Shown here piece by piece: positions 9,870 through 18,966 of a stretch of DNA of 64,000 nt. Source of the DNA: Candidatus Pelearchaeum maunauluense (GTDB lineage Archaea; Thermoproteota; Nitrososphaeria_A; Caldarchaeales; Caldarchaeaceae); NCBI GenBank assembly GCA_030059675.1, contig JANVYQ010000001.1:96001-160000 (forward strand), read 5' to 3'. The translations under genes and the position numbers were made by a program. Below the pieces are notes generated by a model, which was not told the origin of the DNA, ran no database searches, and worked only from the letters and a program-made list of their open reading frames with translations. Positions within the stretch are counted from its first letter, which is position 1, and each line of letters opens with the position of its first letter.

Positions 9870-11684
9870 ATGGTTTTTGGGTATAATGGCAGGATTGCGG
9901 TTGTGAGTCTCTCCGAGAATAGTGTGGAGTATGTTGAGCCTAGTGAGGAGCTTCTACGCGGCTTCTTAGGCGGCCGCGGCCTAGGCGTTGCTATAATGTA
10001 CAGGCATGGGAGGGGCGTGGAGCCGCTGGAGGAGCGGAGCCTACTGTGTGTCATGGTAGGCCCTCTAACTGGCTCAGGGTTCCCACTGGCGAATAGGCTC
10101 ACACTCGTATTCAGGTCTCCCCTCACGGGCACGATAGCGTGGACCAACACGGGCGGCTACGCTGGCGCTGAGCTGAAGAGCGCTGGGTTTGACGGCCTCG
10201 TCATACAGGGCGCCAGCAAGAGGCCGTGCTACTTGCTCGTCTCAGAAGAGCGCGTGGAGATTCGCGATGCCGCTAGCCTGTGGGGGCTGGACGCTATGGA
10301 GACTGTGGTAAAGCTCCGCCACGCCCACGGTGATGCGCGCATCCTCTCAATAGGCCCCGCTGGCGAGAAGATGGCCCCCATAGCTACGGTTCTCAACGAC
10401 ATGGGCAGGACCAGCGGGGTTAGGCATGGTGTTGGCTGTGTTATGGGGAGTAAGAGGCTTAAGGCGATAGTGATACGCGGCAGGCCTCTCGCGCGTATGA
10501 GCATGGCTGACAGGAATGGGCATATAGCCATGCTGAGGAGGGCTCAGATGAAGATACGCTCCTCACCCCTGCTCAATCATGACAACGGCCTGCTCGCGGT
10601 TCATGGAACGCCCATAGCGGCCGAGGCGCTTGGCAAAAACGAGGCAATCCCATTCAAGAACTACCGCTTCACCGCCCTAGAGGGTTACGAGCTAGTCGGC
10701 GGCAGGAGGATGACGAGCAGCATACTCATAGGCAGGCTCACATGCTCTACATGCCCAGTAAGCTGCCGCCGCGAGACCGCCTCGTCGGGCAGATACTGCT
10801 TCAGGGTAGAAGGCCCCGACTACGCCCAAATATCATCGCTCGGAACCAACTGCGCCGTCATAGACCTGAAAGCAATCTCGTACATGAACTATCTCTGCTA
10901 CGTGCTGGGTGTTGACCCTATTGAGATGGGGAACTCTCTAGCCATGTTGGCTGAGGCTACTGAGCGCGGTGTTGTGCGCGGGGGGTTGGGGTGGGGTGAT
11001 GTGGATAGGATGGTGGAGCTTATTCGCATGGCAGCGGCGAGGAATGGGGTTGGCGGATATCTAGCCCTGGGCGCTGAGCGCGCGGCGCGCGAGCTGGGTG
11101 ATGAGGAGCTGAGCATGTCGGTCAAGGGGATAACGATACAGAACACAGACCCCCGCGTAGAGCCTGCGTGGGAGCTGCTCAACGCCACAGAGAACTTCGG
11201 CGGCGCCGCGCACATCTGGGTATTCGCAGACCTCGTCCATAGCATGCGCGACGCTGGTGTTGAGCCCTCGGTAAGCCCTGAGAGCGGCTACGCCGATATA
11301 GCGGCCGCGGTCAAGCATAGACAAGACCTAGTGGCTGTTCTGGACTCGTTGCAGGTATGCGCGTTCTCCAGCTATGCCCTAAGCGTGGAAGACTATGCGG
11401 AGGAGCTTAGGAGCATAACTGGTTATGAAATCACGGGGGAGGAGCTTCTGGGGATAGGTGAGCGCATCTTCAACCTGGAGCGGCTGTTCAACGCCGAGCA
11501 TGGGATAGGCTCATCACAAGATAGACTTCCGAGACGCTTCACCGATGAGCCAGTCCCCAGCGGCAGACACAGCGGAAGCGTATGCGAGCTTGAACTTATG
11601 CTCTGGGAATACTACGAGCTACGCGGCTGGCGCGGCGGCCAGCCGCCCAGCAACGCAGTTAAGGAGCCTCCACCACTATTCTGA
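9870..11684 (+). CDS. Aldehyde:ferredoxin oxidoreductase family (W/Mo-pterin)
   Basis: LGGRGLG, RSPLTG, GCVMGSKRLKAI, CxxCxxxC, LQVC, DRLPRRF, YYELRGW. Confidence 0.92.
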   Translation: MVFGYNGRIAVVSLSENSVEYVEPSEELLRGFLGGRGLGVAIMYRHGRGVEPLEERSLLCVMVGPLTGSGFPLANRLTLVFRSPLTGTIAWTNTGGYAGAELKSAGFDGLVIQGASKRPCYLLVSEERVEIRDAASLWGLDAMETVVKLRHAHGDARILSIGPAGEKMAPIATVLNDMGRTSGVRHGVGCVMGSKRLKAIVIRGRPLARMSMADRNGHIAMLRRAQMKIRSSPLLNHDNGLLAVHGTPIAAEALGKNEAIPFKNYRFTALEGYELVGGRRMTSSILIGRLTCSTCPVSCRRETASSGRYCFRVEGPDYAQISSLGTNCAVIDLKAISYMNYLCYVLGVDPIEMGNSLAMLAEATERGVVRGGLGWGDVDRMVELIRMAAARNGVGGYLALGAERAARELGDEELSMSVKGITIQNTDPRVEPAWELLNATENFGGAAHIWVFADLVHSMRDAGVEPSVSPESGYADIAAAVKHRQDLVAVLDSLQVCAFSSYALSVEDYAEELRSITGYEITGEELLGIGERIFNLERLFNAEHGIGSSQDRLPRRFTDEPVPSGRHSGSVCELELMLWEYYELRGWRGGQPPSNAVKEPPPLF

Positions 11685-12122
11685 CTGTGCGAATATCCTC
11701 AACAATAGCGAGGCCGCATCAACAATATCACGCATGGAGAGCATGCCCACAGGCTTGCCAGACGCGTCTATCACGGGCAAGTGCCTAACGTTGGCCTGGC
11801 GCATACGCTCAACAGCGACGGCGTCGTCGTCGGGCCCTACGGTTATCACGTTCCTTGACATTAGGTCTGTTATTGGGGCTGATGCGCAGAGCGCCTCCTT
11901 GGCGGCGGCGAAGATTACATCACGCTCCGTGAATATCCCAGCCAGCCTACCCTCGTCATCAACAACGATAACACTCCCAACACGCTTATCCCACATGACG
12001 CGAACAGCCTCATCCACACGAACACCAGAAGAAACAACAATCGGAGGGGAACTCATCAAATGCCTAACCTTAATCTCAGGCGACTTGACATACCTCTTGA
12101 AGAGCGGCACAGCCTCCACCAA
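11676..12122 (-). CDS. CBS-pair protein
   Basis: GSVIVVD..GIFTERD; RHLPVID..GMLSMRD. Confidence 0.9.
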   Translation of the reverse strand: MVEAVPLFKRYVKSPEIKVRHLMSSPPIVVSSGVRVDEAVRVMWDKRVGSVIVVDDEGRLAGIFTERDVIFAAAKEALCASAPITDLMSRNVITVGPDDDAVAVERMRQANVRHLPVIDASGKPVGMLSMRDIVDAASLLLRIFAQSE

Positions 12123-12202
12123 GGAGTTAGTCTGCGGAGCGTAGTATTAAGCTCATAGCCCTACCGCTAGGCTTTATAAAAGAAGAAAGAGAGATGGAGC
12201 GT

Positions 12203-13363
12203 TTAGCTGTATTGTTTCCTGAGCTGCTCAGCGGCCTGCGACATGGCGAGGAGCTTCTGATACGCTGTCCTGGCGGTATTCACAGGCGACTCAGCGAAGG
12301 TACCGAAGCCACAGTCTGGGTTTAGGTATATGTCCTCTGGGTCAAAGTATTTGAGCGCCTCGCCGACCCTGGCTACGATTTGCTGCGGGCTCTCAACCTC
12401 GTCGCTCCGCGGATTCACGACCCCAAGCCCAAGCTCCTTTATGCCAGAAGCATCTTTGAAGACAGCGAGCTCCCCTGCGCGCTGCGTGGCGAACTCAAGA
12501 ACGAACTGGTCAACCTTCATCTCCTGGAAGTAGGGTATGAGCGGCGCATAGTCGCCGCGTAGTAGTGATTCTTCGCGCCTGCTCCAGTTTCCCCTGCATA
12601 CATGGACGCCCAGCTTCACGCCTGAGATTCCCTGAACAACCTTATTCACCAGCTCGGTCGCGAACTCAAGCTCCTGGCTGGGGTCAACCTTGAAGAAGAT
12701 AGCTGCGCACATGAAGGTCTGGCTGCTCTCACCCCCATACACCACTTCGGTCAGCGTAGGCTCGTCAAGCTGGACAAAATCAGCGCCAGCCTCTGCCAGA
12801 GCTATAATCTCCTCACGTAGAAGACGTATATACTCGCGGGCAAGCTCCTCCCTATCCCAGTAAGCATTCCTAGAGACTGGGTCTATCCAGCTAGCGCGCG
12901 TGAGCATATACGGCCCTGGCAGCGGTATCTTGATTTTCTTCTTGGTGTGCTCTTTGAGGAACTTTAGCTCGTCAAGGGCTATTGGCCGTTTTCTCTTTAC
13001 TGGGCCTACTGCGACTGGGCTCTTGATGGCGAAGGCAGGCACGTCTAGGGCGCGGAGCATCTCCTCGTAGCGCGACTTGTCCTGCACGTAGTCCATCACC
13101 TCAGCCACCGTCATGAGCTTGATTCCCTCAAGCTTATCTGCCACGAAGCTGTAGAAGTTGTCCCGCCTCTGCTCGCCGTCGGAAATTATGTCTATCCCAG
13201 CGTCCTCCTGATACTTTATCGCTAGGAGAACAGCCTCGTCAGCCCTCTCGCTAAACTCCTCATAAGATATTTCTCCGCGGTTCTTTTTCTTCAGGTAGTC
13301 CAGGAGCCAGTTTGGTCTTGGCCAGCTTCCCACAACAGTCGTTGGAAAGAGTTGTTCAGCCAT
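12203..13363 (-). CDS. Cobalamin-independent methionine synthase II / MetE catalytic-domain family
   Basis: TTVVGSWPRP, DGEQRR, QLDEP, HVCRGN, NPDCGF zinc ligands. Confidence 0.88.
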   Translation of the reverse strand: MAEQLFPTTVVGSWPRPNWLLDYLKKKNRGEISYEEFSERADEAVLLAIKYQEDAGIDIISDGEQRRDNFYSFVADKLEGIKLMTVAEVMDYVQDKSRYEEMLRALDVPAFAIKSPVAVGPVKRKRPIALDELKFLKEHTKKKIKIPLPGPYMLTRASWIDPVSRNAYWDREELAREYIRLLREEIIALAEAGADFVQLDEPTLTEVVYGGESSQTFMCAAIFFKVDPSQELEFATELVNKVVQGISGVKLGVHVCRGNWSRREESLLRGDYAPLIPYFQEMKVDQFVLEFATQRAGELAVFKDASGIKELGLGVVNPRSDEVESPQQIVARVGEALKYFDPEDIYLNPDCGFGTFAESPVNTARTAYQKLLAMSQAAEQLRKQYS

Positions 13364-13369
13364 CCCCTC

Positions 13370-13900
13370 TCACGGCCTGTGTATTGAGAGCTCTGGTATT
13401 ATGCTTACGTTTCGGGTTAGCGTGTTCCCCACAGGCGAGGTGTTGAAGGTCTCGCGCCATATCTCCTCCACCTCCTCCTGGCTGGCGCTGGTCTTCACGT
13501 AGAGCTTGACCTTAATCTCTCTGTACCCTGGATGCCCCTCCCTGCTCAGGCCTAGGAATGTGAGTATGTTGTCTATCCTGCCCTCCAACGCTATCTCCAG
13601 GTTGTCTATCTTGACGTTCTTCTTCGTGGCGTTGAGTATGAAGCCCACCATGAGGCACGAGCCTAGCGCTGCCAGTACGTATTCAACAGCGTTGGGCGCC
13701 GTATCCACGCCCGCCAGGTCTGCTGGCTCGTCCACGACGAAGCTGTGGTCGCGTATATACGCCCTGCCCCTGAAGCCGCCCAGCCAGCGCACACGCGCCT
13801 TCCAGACGTTTAGCTCCTCAGCCTTATCACGATTCGCCGAGACAAGCTCCACAATCTCGCGTAGCTTAGCCAAATCTAAGCCGTTTATCTGCTGAGACAT
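13370..13900 (-). CDS. OsmC-like protein (single Cys), paralog of 8418-8951
   Basis: True start MSQQINGLDL; DEPADLAGVDTAPNAVEYVLAALGSC; TSPV. Confidence 0.88.
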   Translation of the reverse strand: MSQQINGLDLAKLREIVELVSANRDKAEELNVWKARVRWLGGFRGRAYIRDHSFVVDEPADLAGVDTAPNAVEYVLAALGSCLMVGFILNATKKNVKIDNLEIALEGRIDNILTFLGLSREGHPGYREIKVKLYVKTSASQEEVEEIWRETFNTSPVGNTLTRNVSIIPELSIHRP

Positions 13901-13973
13901 ATCCACGCACCTCCCTCCTTTCCAGCCTAACCAATATTTCTTAAATATAAGCTTATTATTATACCGTAATAAG

Positions 13974-14780
13974 ATGATGACCCCAGCCTCCTTTGACGCC
14001 GTAGCAGAGCAGTATGAGCGGGTGCTAGTCCCCCGTAGGAGGTTGCAGCACCTCCTCCTGCTGGAGGCTCTGGAGCTTTCTGGCGATGAGGTGGTTATAG
14101 ACCTGGGCTGCGGCACGGGCGCGCTTACCGCCATGATTGCGCAGCGCCTAGAGCGTGGGAGCGTCGTCGGCGTGGACGCGTCGCTGCGAATGCTTGAGCA
14201 CGCGCGTATGAGAGCTGCGCAACAGGGGCTTAGCAATATGAGGCTACTAAACAGGCCGATAGAAGGGGTTGAAGAAGCCCTCCAGGGAGGCGGGTTTGAC
14301 GCGGTAGTAAGCAGCCACGTCCTACACTGGCTCAAAAGTCCGTCAACGCTATTCCAAGCAGCCTCTCACCTACTAAGACCTGGAGGGAAGCTAGGGCTTA
14401 TCGTAGCTTCGTTTGACATGTATCTGGAGCTGGTTGAGGCTATTAGGGAGGTTTCGCGCCGCTACTGCCCATACTCGCTTGTTGAGGACTTTCTGCAAAC
14501 GCTGGGTAGGCAGCACTACTCTCCCAAGATGCTAGAAACACTACTAAACCTACACGGCTTTAAGACGAGAACCACGATAGAGTATAGAGCCACGCATAAG
14601 ATAGCCAGCGTTGACGAGTATTTGGAGCTTCTACACGCGGCTACTGGCGGGCGGTATTTGCGATACTCAGGCTGGGAGGCGTATGGCAGGTTTGTCCAAG
14701 ACCTGCGCCGCGTCCTTGAGCGGCGCGAGGAGCTTAGCTTCACAGACCACGCCATAATAGCCGTGGCCGAAAAGAGCTAG
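13974..14780 (+). CDS. Class I SAM-dependent methyltransferase
   Basis: VIDLGCGTG, GVDAS, FDAVVS..LHW, LRPGG. Confidence 0.9.
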   Translation: MMTPASFDAVAEQYERVLVPRRRLQHLLLLEALELSGDEVVIDLGCGTGALTAMIAQRLERGSVVGVDASLRMLEHARMRAAQQGLSNMRLLNRPIEGVEEALQGGGFDAVVSSHVLHWLKSPSTLFQAASHLLRPGGKLGLIVASFDMYLELVEAIREVSRRYCPYSLVEDFLQTLGRQHYSPKMLETLLNLHGFKTRTTIEYRATHKIASVDEYLELLHAATGGRYLRYSGWEAYGRFVQDLRRVLERREELSFTDHAIIAVAEKS

Positions 14781-14824
14781 CTCCTCACTTATGAGGAGCC
14801 GCGCAGACTAGATTAGGGAAGAGA

Positions 14825-15436
14825 TTGACGCTGGCCGAGTATATCCTCGCAACCCTAGCTGCGTGTATAGCGATATTCATCGTTCCTGGACCTATCTTCT
14901 TCCTCTCGCTCAGCGAGGGGGCGCGCAGCCTGCGTAGGGGCTTTACGATGCTGCTGGGCGTCCTGACGGCTGAGGCTATACTCTTAGGATTCACCGTAGT
15001 GGGCTTCGTCATAATACTACAACGCTTCATGACCTTCCTGAAGATTGGCGGAGCAGCACTACTCGTAATACTAGCCCTACTCGCTTTCCGCTCAGCATTA
15101 AGAGAGCAGCCCCGCGAGAGGCTGGAAGCAAGCGGCGCGCCCTACATAAAGGGCTTCACCCTAACATTCCTAAACCCGCCCTTCATACTCTGGTTCATTA
15201 CGGTGGGCGCCTCCCTGCTTGACGCTGGCTTGAGAGCTGTTGGGGAGCTGTCCTACCTAATCTTCAGCGCGGTTCTCCTAATCTCCACCGTGATTGTGAC
15301 AGCCACGATGGTTGTCGCCGCCTATGGTGGGCGTAGCCTGCTTGGCGAGCGGGTGGCGCGCATCCTCTCGCTGATTGCTGGGATAGCCTTTACGGGAATA
15401 GCGGCGTCTCTCATAATCTCTATTCTATCCGCCTAG
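14825..15436 (+). CDS. LysE-family transporter
   Basis: VPGPIF, GFTLTFLNP, about 6 TM segments. Confidence 0.85.
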   Translation: MTLAEYILATLAACIAIFIVPGPIFFLSLSEGARSLRRGFTMLLGVLTAEAILLGFTVVGFVIILQRFMTFLKIGGAALLVILALLAFRSALREQPRERLEASGAPYIKGFTLTFLNPPFILWFITVGASLLDAGLRAVGELSYLIFSAVLLISTVIVTATMVVAAYGGRSLLGERVARILSLIAGIAFTGIAASLIISILSA

Positions 15437-15498
15437 AGTATTCAACTACTAAACGCTTATAAAACGCTAATGCAGGGCGATATGGCGGTGGTTTCGGA

Positions 15499-15741
15499 GT
15501 GCATATGGCGTTTGTCCTCATAAACACCGAGATAGGCGCTGAGGAGGAAGTGATAAACGAGCTGAAGAAGATTGGGAACGTGAAAGAAGCTTACGTCGTG
15601 TATGGTGTTTATGACATCGTAGCCAAGGTTGAGGCTGATAGTATGGACAAATTGAAGGAAATCGTCTCCTGGCGCGTAAGGCGCTTGGACAAAGTACGCT
15701 CCACACTAACTATGTTGGTGGTTTCTGGGTGGCCTCCTTAA
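15499..15741 (+). CDS. Stand-alone Lrp/AsnC ligand-binding (RAM) domain protein
   Basis: AFVLIN..G.E..V, VYGVYDIVAKV. Confidence 0.88.
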   Translation: MHMAFVLINTEIGAEEEVINELKKIGNVKEAYVVYGVYDIVAKVEADSMDKLKEIVSWRVRRLDKVRSTLTMLVVSGWPP

Positions 15742-15757
15742 TAGATAGGTGTGCCGC

Positions 15758-17059
15758 CTATACTCTATGGAGAAGCAACGGCCTAGTTAGGTGTCTCCTC
15801 GCTGATGGTGGAACCTCATAAAACCCTGGCTTGATTTTACGCTCCAAAGGTTGTTTTTCCGCCGCGCTTCTTGGGAGACGTTTCCCGCATCTCTTGCATC
15901 GGTAGCCCTCATCCCTGCCAGCGGACTTCATCCTCCTACCACAGCAGGGGCAGAGGGGCGGCCTCAAGACATAATGCTCAGCCAGCGCGAGAATCTCCAG
16001 CTTCTCCATATTTAGCGTAAGCCCCTCAGGCTTCATCTTCACACCACCCATAACCCTAACCCTATCACCAGGCACCAACGACCTAACGATATTCCTAAAC
16101 TCGCGCGTAGGCTCGTAGGCAGCGCAGATTATCTCACCACCAGCGTCGCGTATGCGTATGAACGTATGGCCTCCTGGTATCGTGTATGGCGGTGAGCATA
16201 CTACTCCAGAGATTACCGCGCTCATATTAGCCCTCAACTCGGCTATGCTACACTCAACAAGATGCTTGTCGGTGGCCTGGTTCGTCTTGAAGACCACAAC
16301 CCTCTCAACAGGCTCGTTAAACCTCACCATCCCAAGGCCGCGGAGAGCAGCCTCCGCTGAGACAGCCCTAACACCGGCCAGTACTGGGCATGGAGTGTGA
16401 GGAGCTATGCGGAGCTCTCCCGTCTCTGGGTCTATGTTGTCAAACGTCTCGCCGCGCGTTGCTTCATCCATAACACGGACAGACTCGCTGTCTATCCTCC
16501 TCACAGTTCCCCAGTTCTCAGGCACGCGATACGCTATCGCCTCAAACGTGTATTCGTCCATCCTGTATGATGCCGCCGCTAGAGCGCCTATCCTCCCGCG
16601 GCCACCGTTAAAACCGTGGAGCTCTGCACCGTGGGAGGATGCCAGCTCCAGCGCCTCGTCCAAGCTCACAAGCTCGCGCACGGCCTTCTCGGCAAACCTG
16701 GCCAGCTCCCCGCTGACTTCGCCCAAGATGAAAGCGACGCCTGGCTGCGTCTCCCCGTAGCCATGCTCATACAACCGCTCAACAAGAGCTAGAACCTGTT
16801 TCTTCGCATCCTCAACCCTCTCCCTGCCCAGCCCAACGTGAAGCGCTATAGCAGCGTTCCCCCGCGTCTTGTAGGGGCAGTTGGGGTTGAGCCTAACCAA
16901 GTATGGGTGGTCAAGCATCCGCGCGCCCATGTTGCGCAGAGAATCAAACAACACGGCCCCCACGTAGGTAGTGCACATCCCATCCTTGGAGTCGGTGTCG
17001 TCAATACCGATGTGCAGCGTTTCCTCCCCAGCCGCCAAAGAGCGCAAAGCCCCCAGCAC
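15758..17059 (-). CDS. tiaS: tRNA(Ile2) agmatinylcytidine synthase
   Basis: IGIDDTDS..GMCTTY, LVRLNPNCPYKTRGN, TNQATD, AYEPT, zinc ribbon, RRHLTRP. Confidence 0.93.
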   Translation of the reverse strand: MLGALRSLAAGEETLHIGIDDTDSKDGMCTTYVGAVLFDSLRNMGARMLDHPYLVRLNPNCPYKTRGNAAIALHVGLGRERVEDAKKQVLALVERLYEHGYGETQPGVAFILGEVSGELARFAEKAVRELVSLDEALELASSHGAELHGFNGGRGRIGALAAASYRMDEYTFEAIAYRVPENWGTVRRIDSESVRVMDEATRGETFDNIDPETGELRIAPHTPCPVLAGVRAVSAEAALRGLGMVRFNEPVERVVVFKTNQATDKHLVECSIAELRANMSAVISGVVCSPPYTIPGGHTFIRIRDAGGEIICAAYEPTREFRNIVRSLVPGDRVRVMGGVKMKPEGLTLNMEKLEILALAEHYVLRPPLCPCCGRRMKSAGRDEGYRCKRCGKRLPRSAAEKQPLERKIKPGFYEVPPSARRHLTRPLLLHRV

Positions 17060-17138
17060 GAACCCGCGATGTTTCTTGCTCCTTTCTTTATTTTATAACG
17101 TAGCCTATATAACGTAGGTTGTATTACAGGGGGTAGGC

Positions 17139-18323
17139 TTGACGACGCTTGAAGAGCCAAGGCGGAGAATAGCGCCTGACGAGGTGGCGCTCAGCTACGC
17201 GGAGATTAAGAGGTATGGGCGGCATCTGATAATCCCAGAGGTTGGTCTGGCTGGGCAGAAGCGCCTGAAGGCTAGTAGCGTCCTCGTTGTGGGGACAGGC
17301 GGCCTAGGCTCGCCCCTCTCACTCTACCTAGCAGCGGCTGGAGTGGGCAGGATAGGACTGGTGGACTACGACGTGGTGGATGACAGCAACTTACAGCGGC
17401 AGGTGCTATACACCACCAAAGACCTGGGCAAGTCCAAGCCCCGGACAGCAAAAGAACGCCTAGAAGCCCTAAACCCGCACATAGAGGTGGAGGTATACGA
17501 GACCCGCCTAACATCCGACAACGCCCTAGACATAATGCGGGACTATGATGTTATTGTTGATGGGACTGATAACTTCCCAACCCGCTACCTGGTTAATGAC
17601 GCCTGCGCATTACTTGGTAAGCCCAACGTCTATGGAAGTATCTTCCGCTTTGACGGGCAGGTCTCGGTCTTCTACGCCAAGGAGGGGCCGTGCTACCGCT
17701 GCCTCTACCCAGAGCCGCCTCCACCAGGCCTCGTTCCTAGCTGCGCAGAGGGTGGGGTGCTGGGTGTTCTCCCAGGAATCATAGGAGCGCTCCAGGCAAA
17801 CGAGACGCTGAAGCTTCTCCTCGGAATAGGCGAGCCTCTGATTGGACGGCTACTCCTCTTTGACGCCCTCAAGATGAGCTTCAGGGAGCTGAGGATTAGG
17901 AAAGACCCCAACTGCCCGCTCTGCGGCGAGAACCCACGCATAAGGGAGCTGATAGACTATGAGGAGTTCTGCGGTGTAAGACCAGCGCAACAGCCCCATG
18001 ACGCCGAGTATAGCATAACGCCAGAGGAGCTGAAGGAGAAGCTTGAGAGGGGAGAGCGCGTAATCCTACTAGACGTGCGCGAGCCTGTGGAGTATGAGAT
18101 ATGCAGGCTGGAGGGCTCTGTTCTAGTCCCGCTGGGCAAGCTACCTGAATATGTGAATAGGCTGAGCCAGACCGATGAGATAGTCGCCTACTGCCACACA
18201 GGCGCTAGAAGCGCGATGGCTGTGAAGCTCCTCCGCGACCTCGGCTTCAGGAGGGTCAAGAACCTAGTGGGCGGCATAGACGCATGGGCAGCAATGATAG
18301 ACCCCAACATGCCCAGATACTAG
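17139..18323 (+). CDS. moeB: MoeB/ThiF E1-like adenylyltransferase fused to rhodanese (MoeZ-type)
   Basis: GTGGLG, SNLQRQ, CYRC, SCAEGG, C-terminal rhodanese YCHTGARS. Confidence 0.93.
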   Translation: MTTLEEPRRRIAPDEVALSYAEIKRYGRHLIIPEVGLAGQKRLKASSVLVVGTGGLGSPLSLYLAAAGVGRIGLVDYDVVDDSNLQRQVLYTTKDLGKSKPRTAKERLEALNPHIEVEVYETRLTSDNALDIMRDYDVIVDGTDNFPTRYLVNDACALLGKPNVYGSIFRFDGQVSVFYAKEGPCYRCLYPEPPPPGLVPSCAEGGVLGVLPGIIGALQANETLKLLLGIGEPLIGRLLLFDALKMSFRELRIRKDPNCPLCGENPRIRELIDYEEFCGVRPAQQPHDAEYSITPEELKEKLERGERVILLDVREPVEYEICRLEGSVLVPLGKLPEYVNRLSQTDEIVAYCHTGARSAMAVKLLRDLGFRRVKNLVGGIDAWAAMIDPNMPRY

Positions 18324-18372
18324 CCAGAACTCCTTTAATATTAGAGAGAGCAGACCTAATCTACGACTGACT

Positions 18373-18966
18373 TTGGTTTGGAGGAGGGCTGTCGTAAAGA
18401 TAGAAGGGGATGTTCAGCGTGTTGGGTATCGCTATATAGTTGCGACGCTTGCTAGACGCTTCTCCGTAAGTGGGTTAGTCAGAAATCTTGATGACGGCAG
18501 CGTTGAGGTCATTGCGGAAGGCGAGGAAGAGAACTTAAACGCGTTCATACAGAGTATAAAGATTAACGAGCCGCCCATAATAGTTGAGTCGCTGAACGTT
18601 AGGTATGAAAAGCCTACTAGGGAGTTTAGGACATTCAGGATAGTTACGGGGAGTCTTGAGGAGGAGATGGTGGAGGGCTTCGGGATAGGAGCAGGCTATC
18701 TACGCTTAGTCCTAGACCTACAACGGGAAATTCTAGGCTTACAGCATGAAAACATAAAGCTGCAGAAGGGGATGCTTAACGAGGTTAGCGAGTTTAGAAA
18801 AGACCTGCGAGTGCTTATTGATGAGCGTATAAGCCGTGTTGAGGATGATGTGTGGAAAATAAAGGCTAAGCTGGTTATTGACCAGCCTGCCTACGCTCCT
18901 CCCTTCTCTAGTTGGGCTTCTCGCCTCCCTCTCCTTCCTGCTGTAGGTCTTCAGGCGCTGGCTTGA
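18373..18966 (+). CDS. Acylphosphatase domain with C-terminal coiled coil
   Basis: GDVQRVGYR, GLVRNLDDGSVEV. Confidence 0.85.
   Translation: MVWRRAVVKIEGDVQRVGYRYIVATLARRFSVSGLVRNLDDGSVEVIAEGEEENLNAFIQSIKINEPPIIVESLNVRYEKPTREFRTFRIVTGSLEEEMVEGFGIGAGYLRLVLDLQREILGLQHENIKLQKGMLNEVSEFRKDLRVLIDERISRVEDDVWKIKAKLVIDQPAYAPPFSSWASRLPLLPAVGLQALA

Noticed and set aside
13901-14335. N-terminal 145 aa of the 321-aa ORF 13370-14335
   Set aside because: Antisense shadow of the methyltransferase; the OsmC domain starts at 13900.
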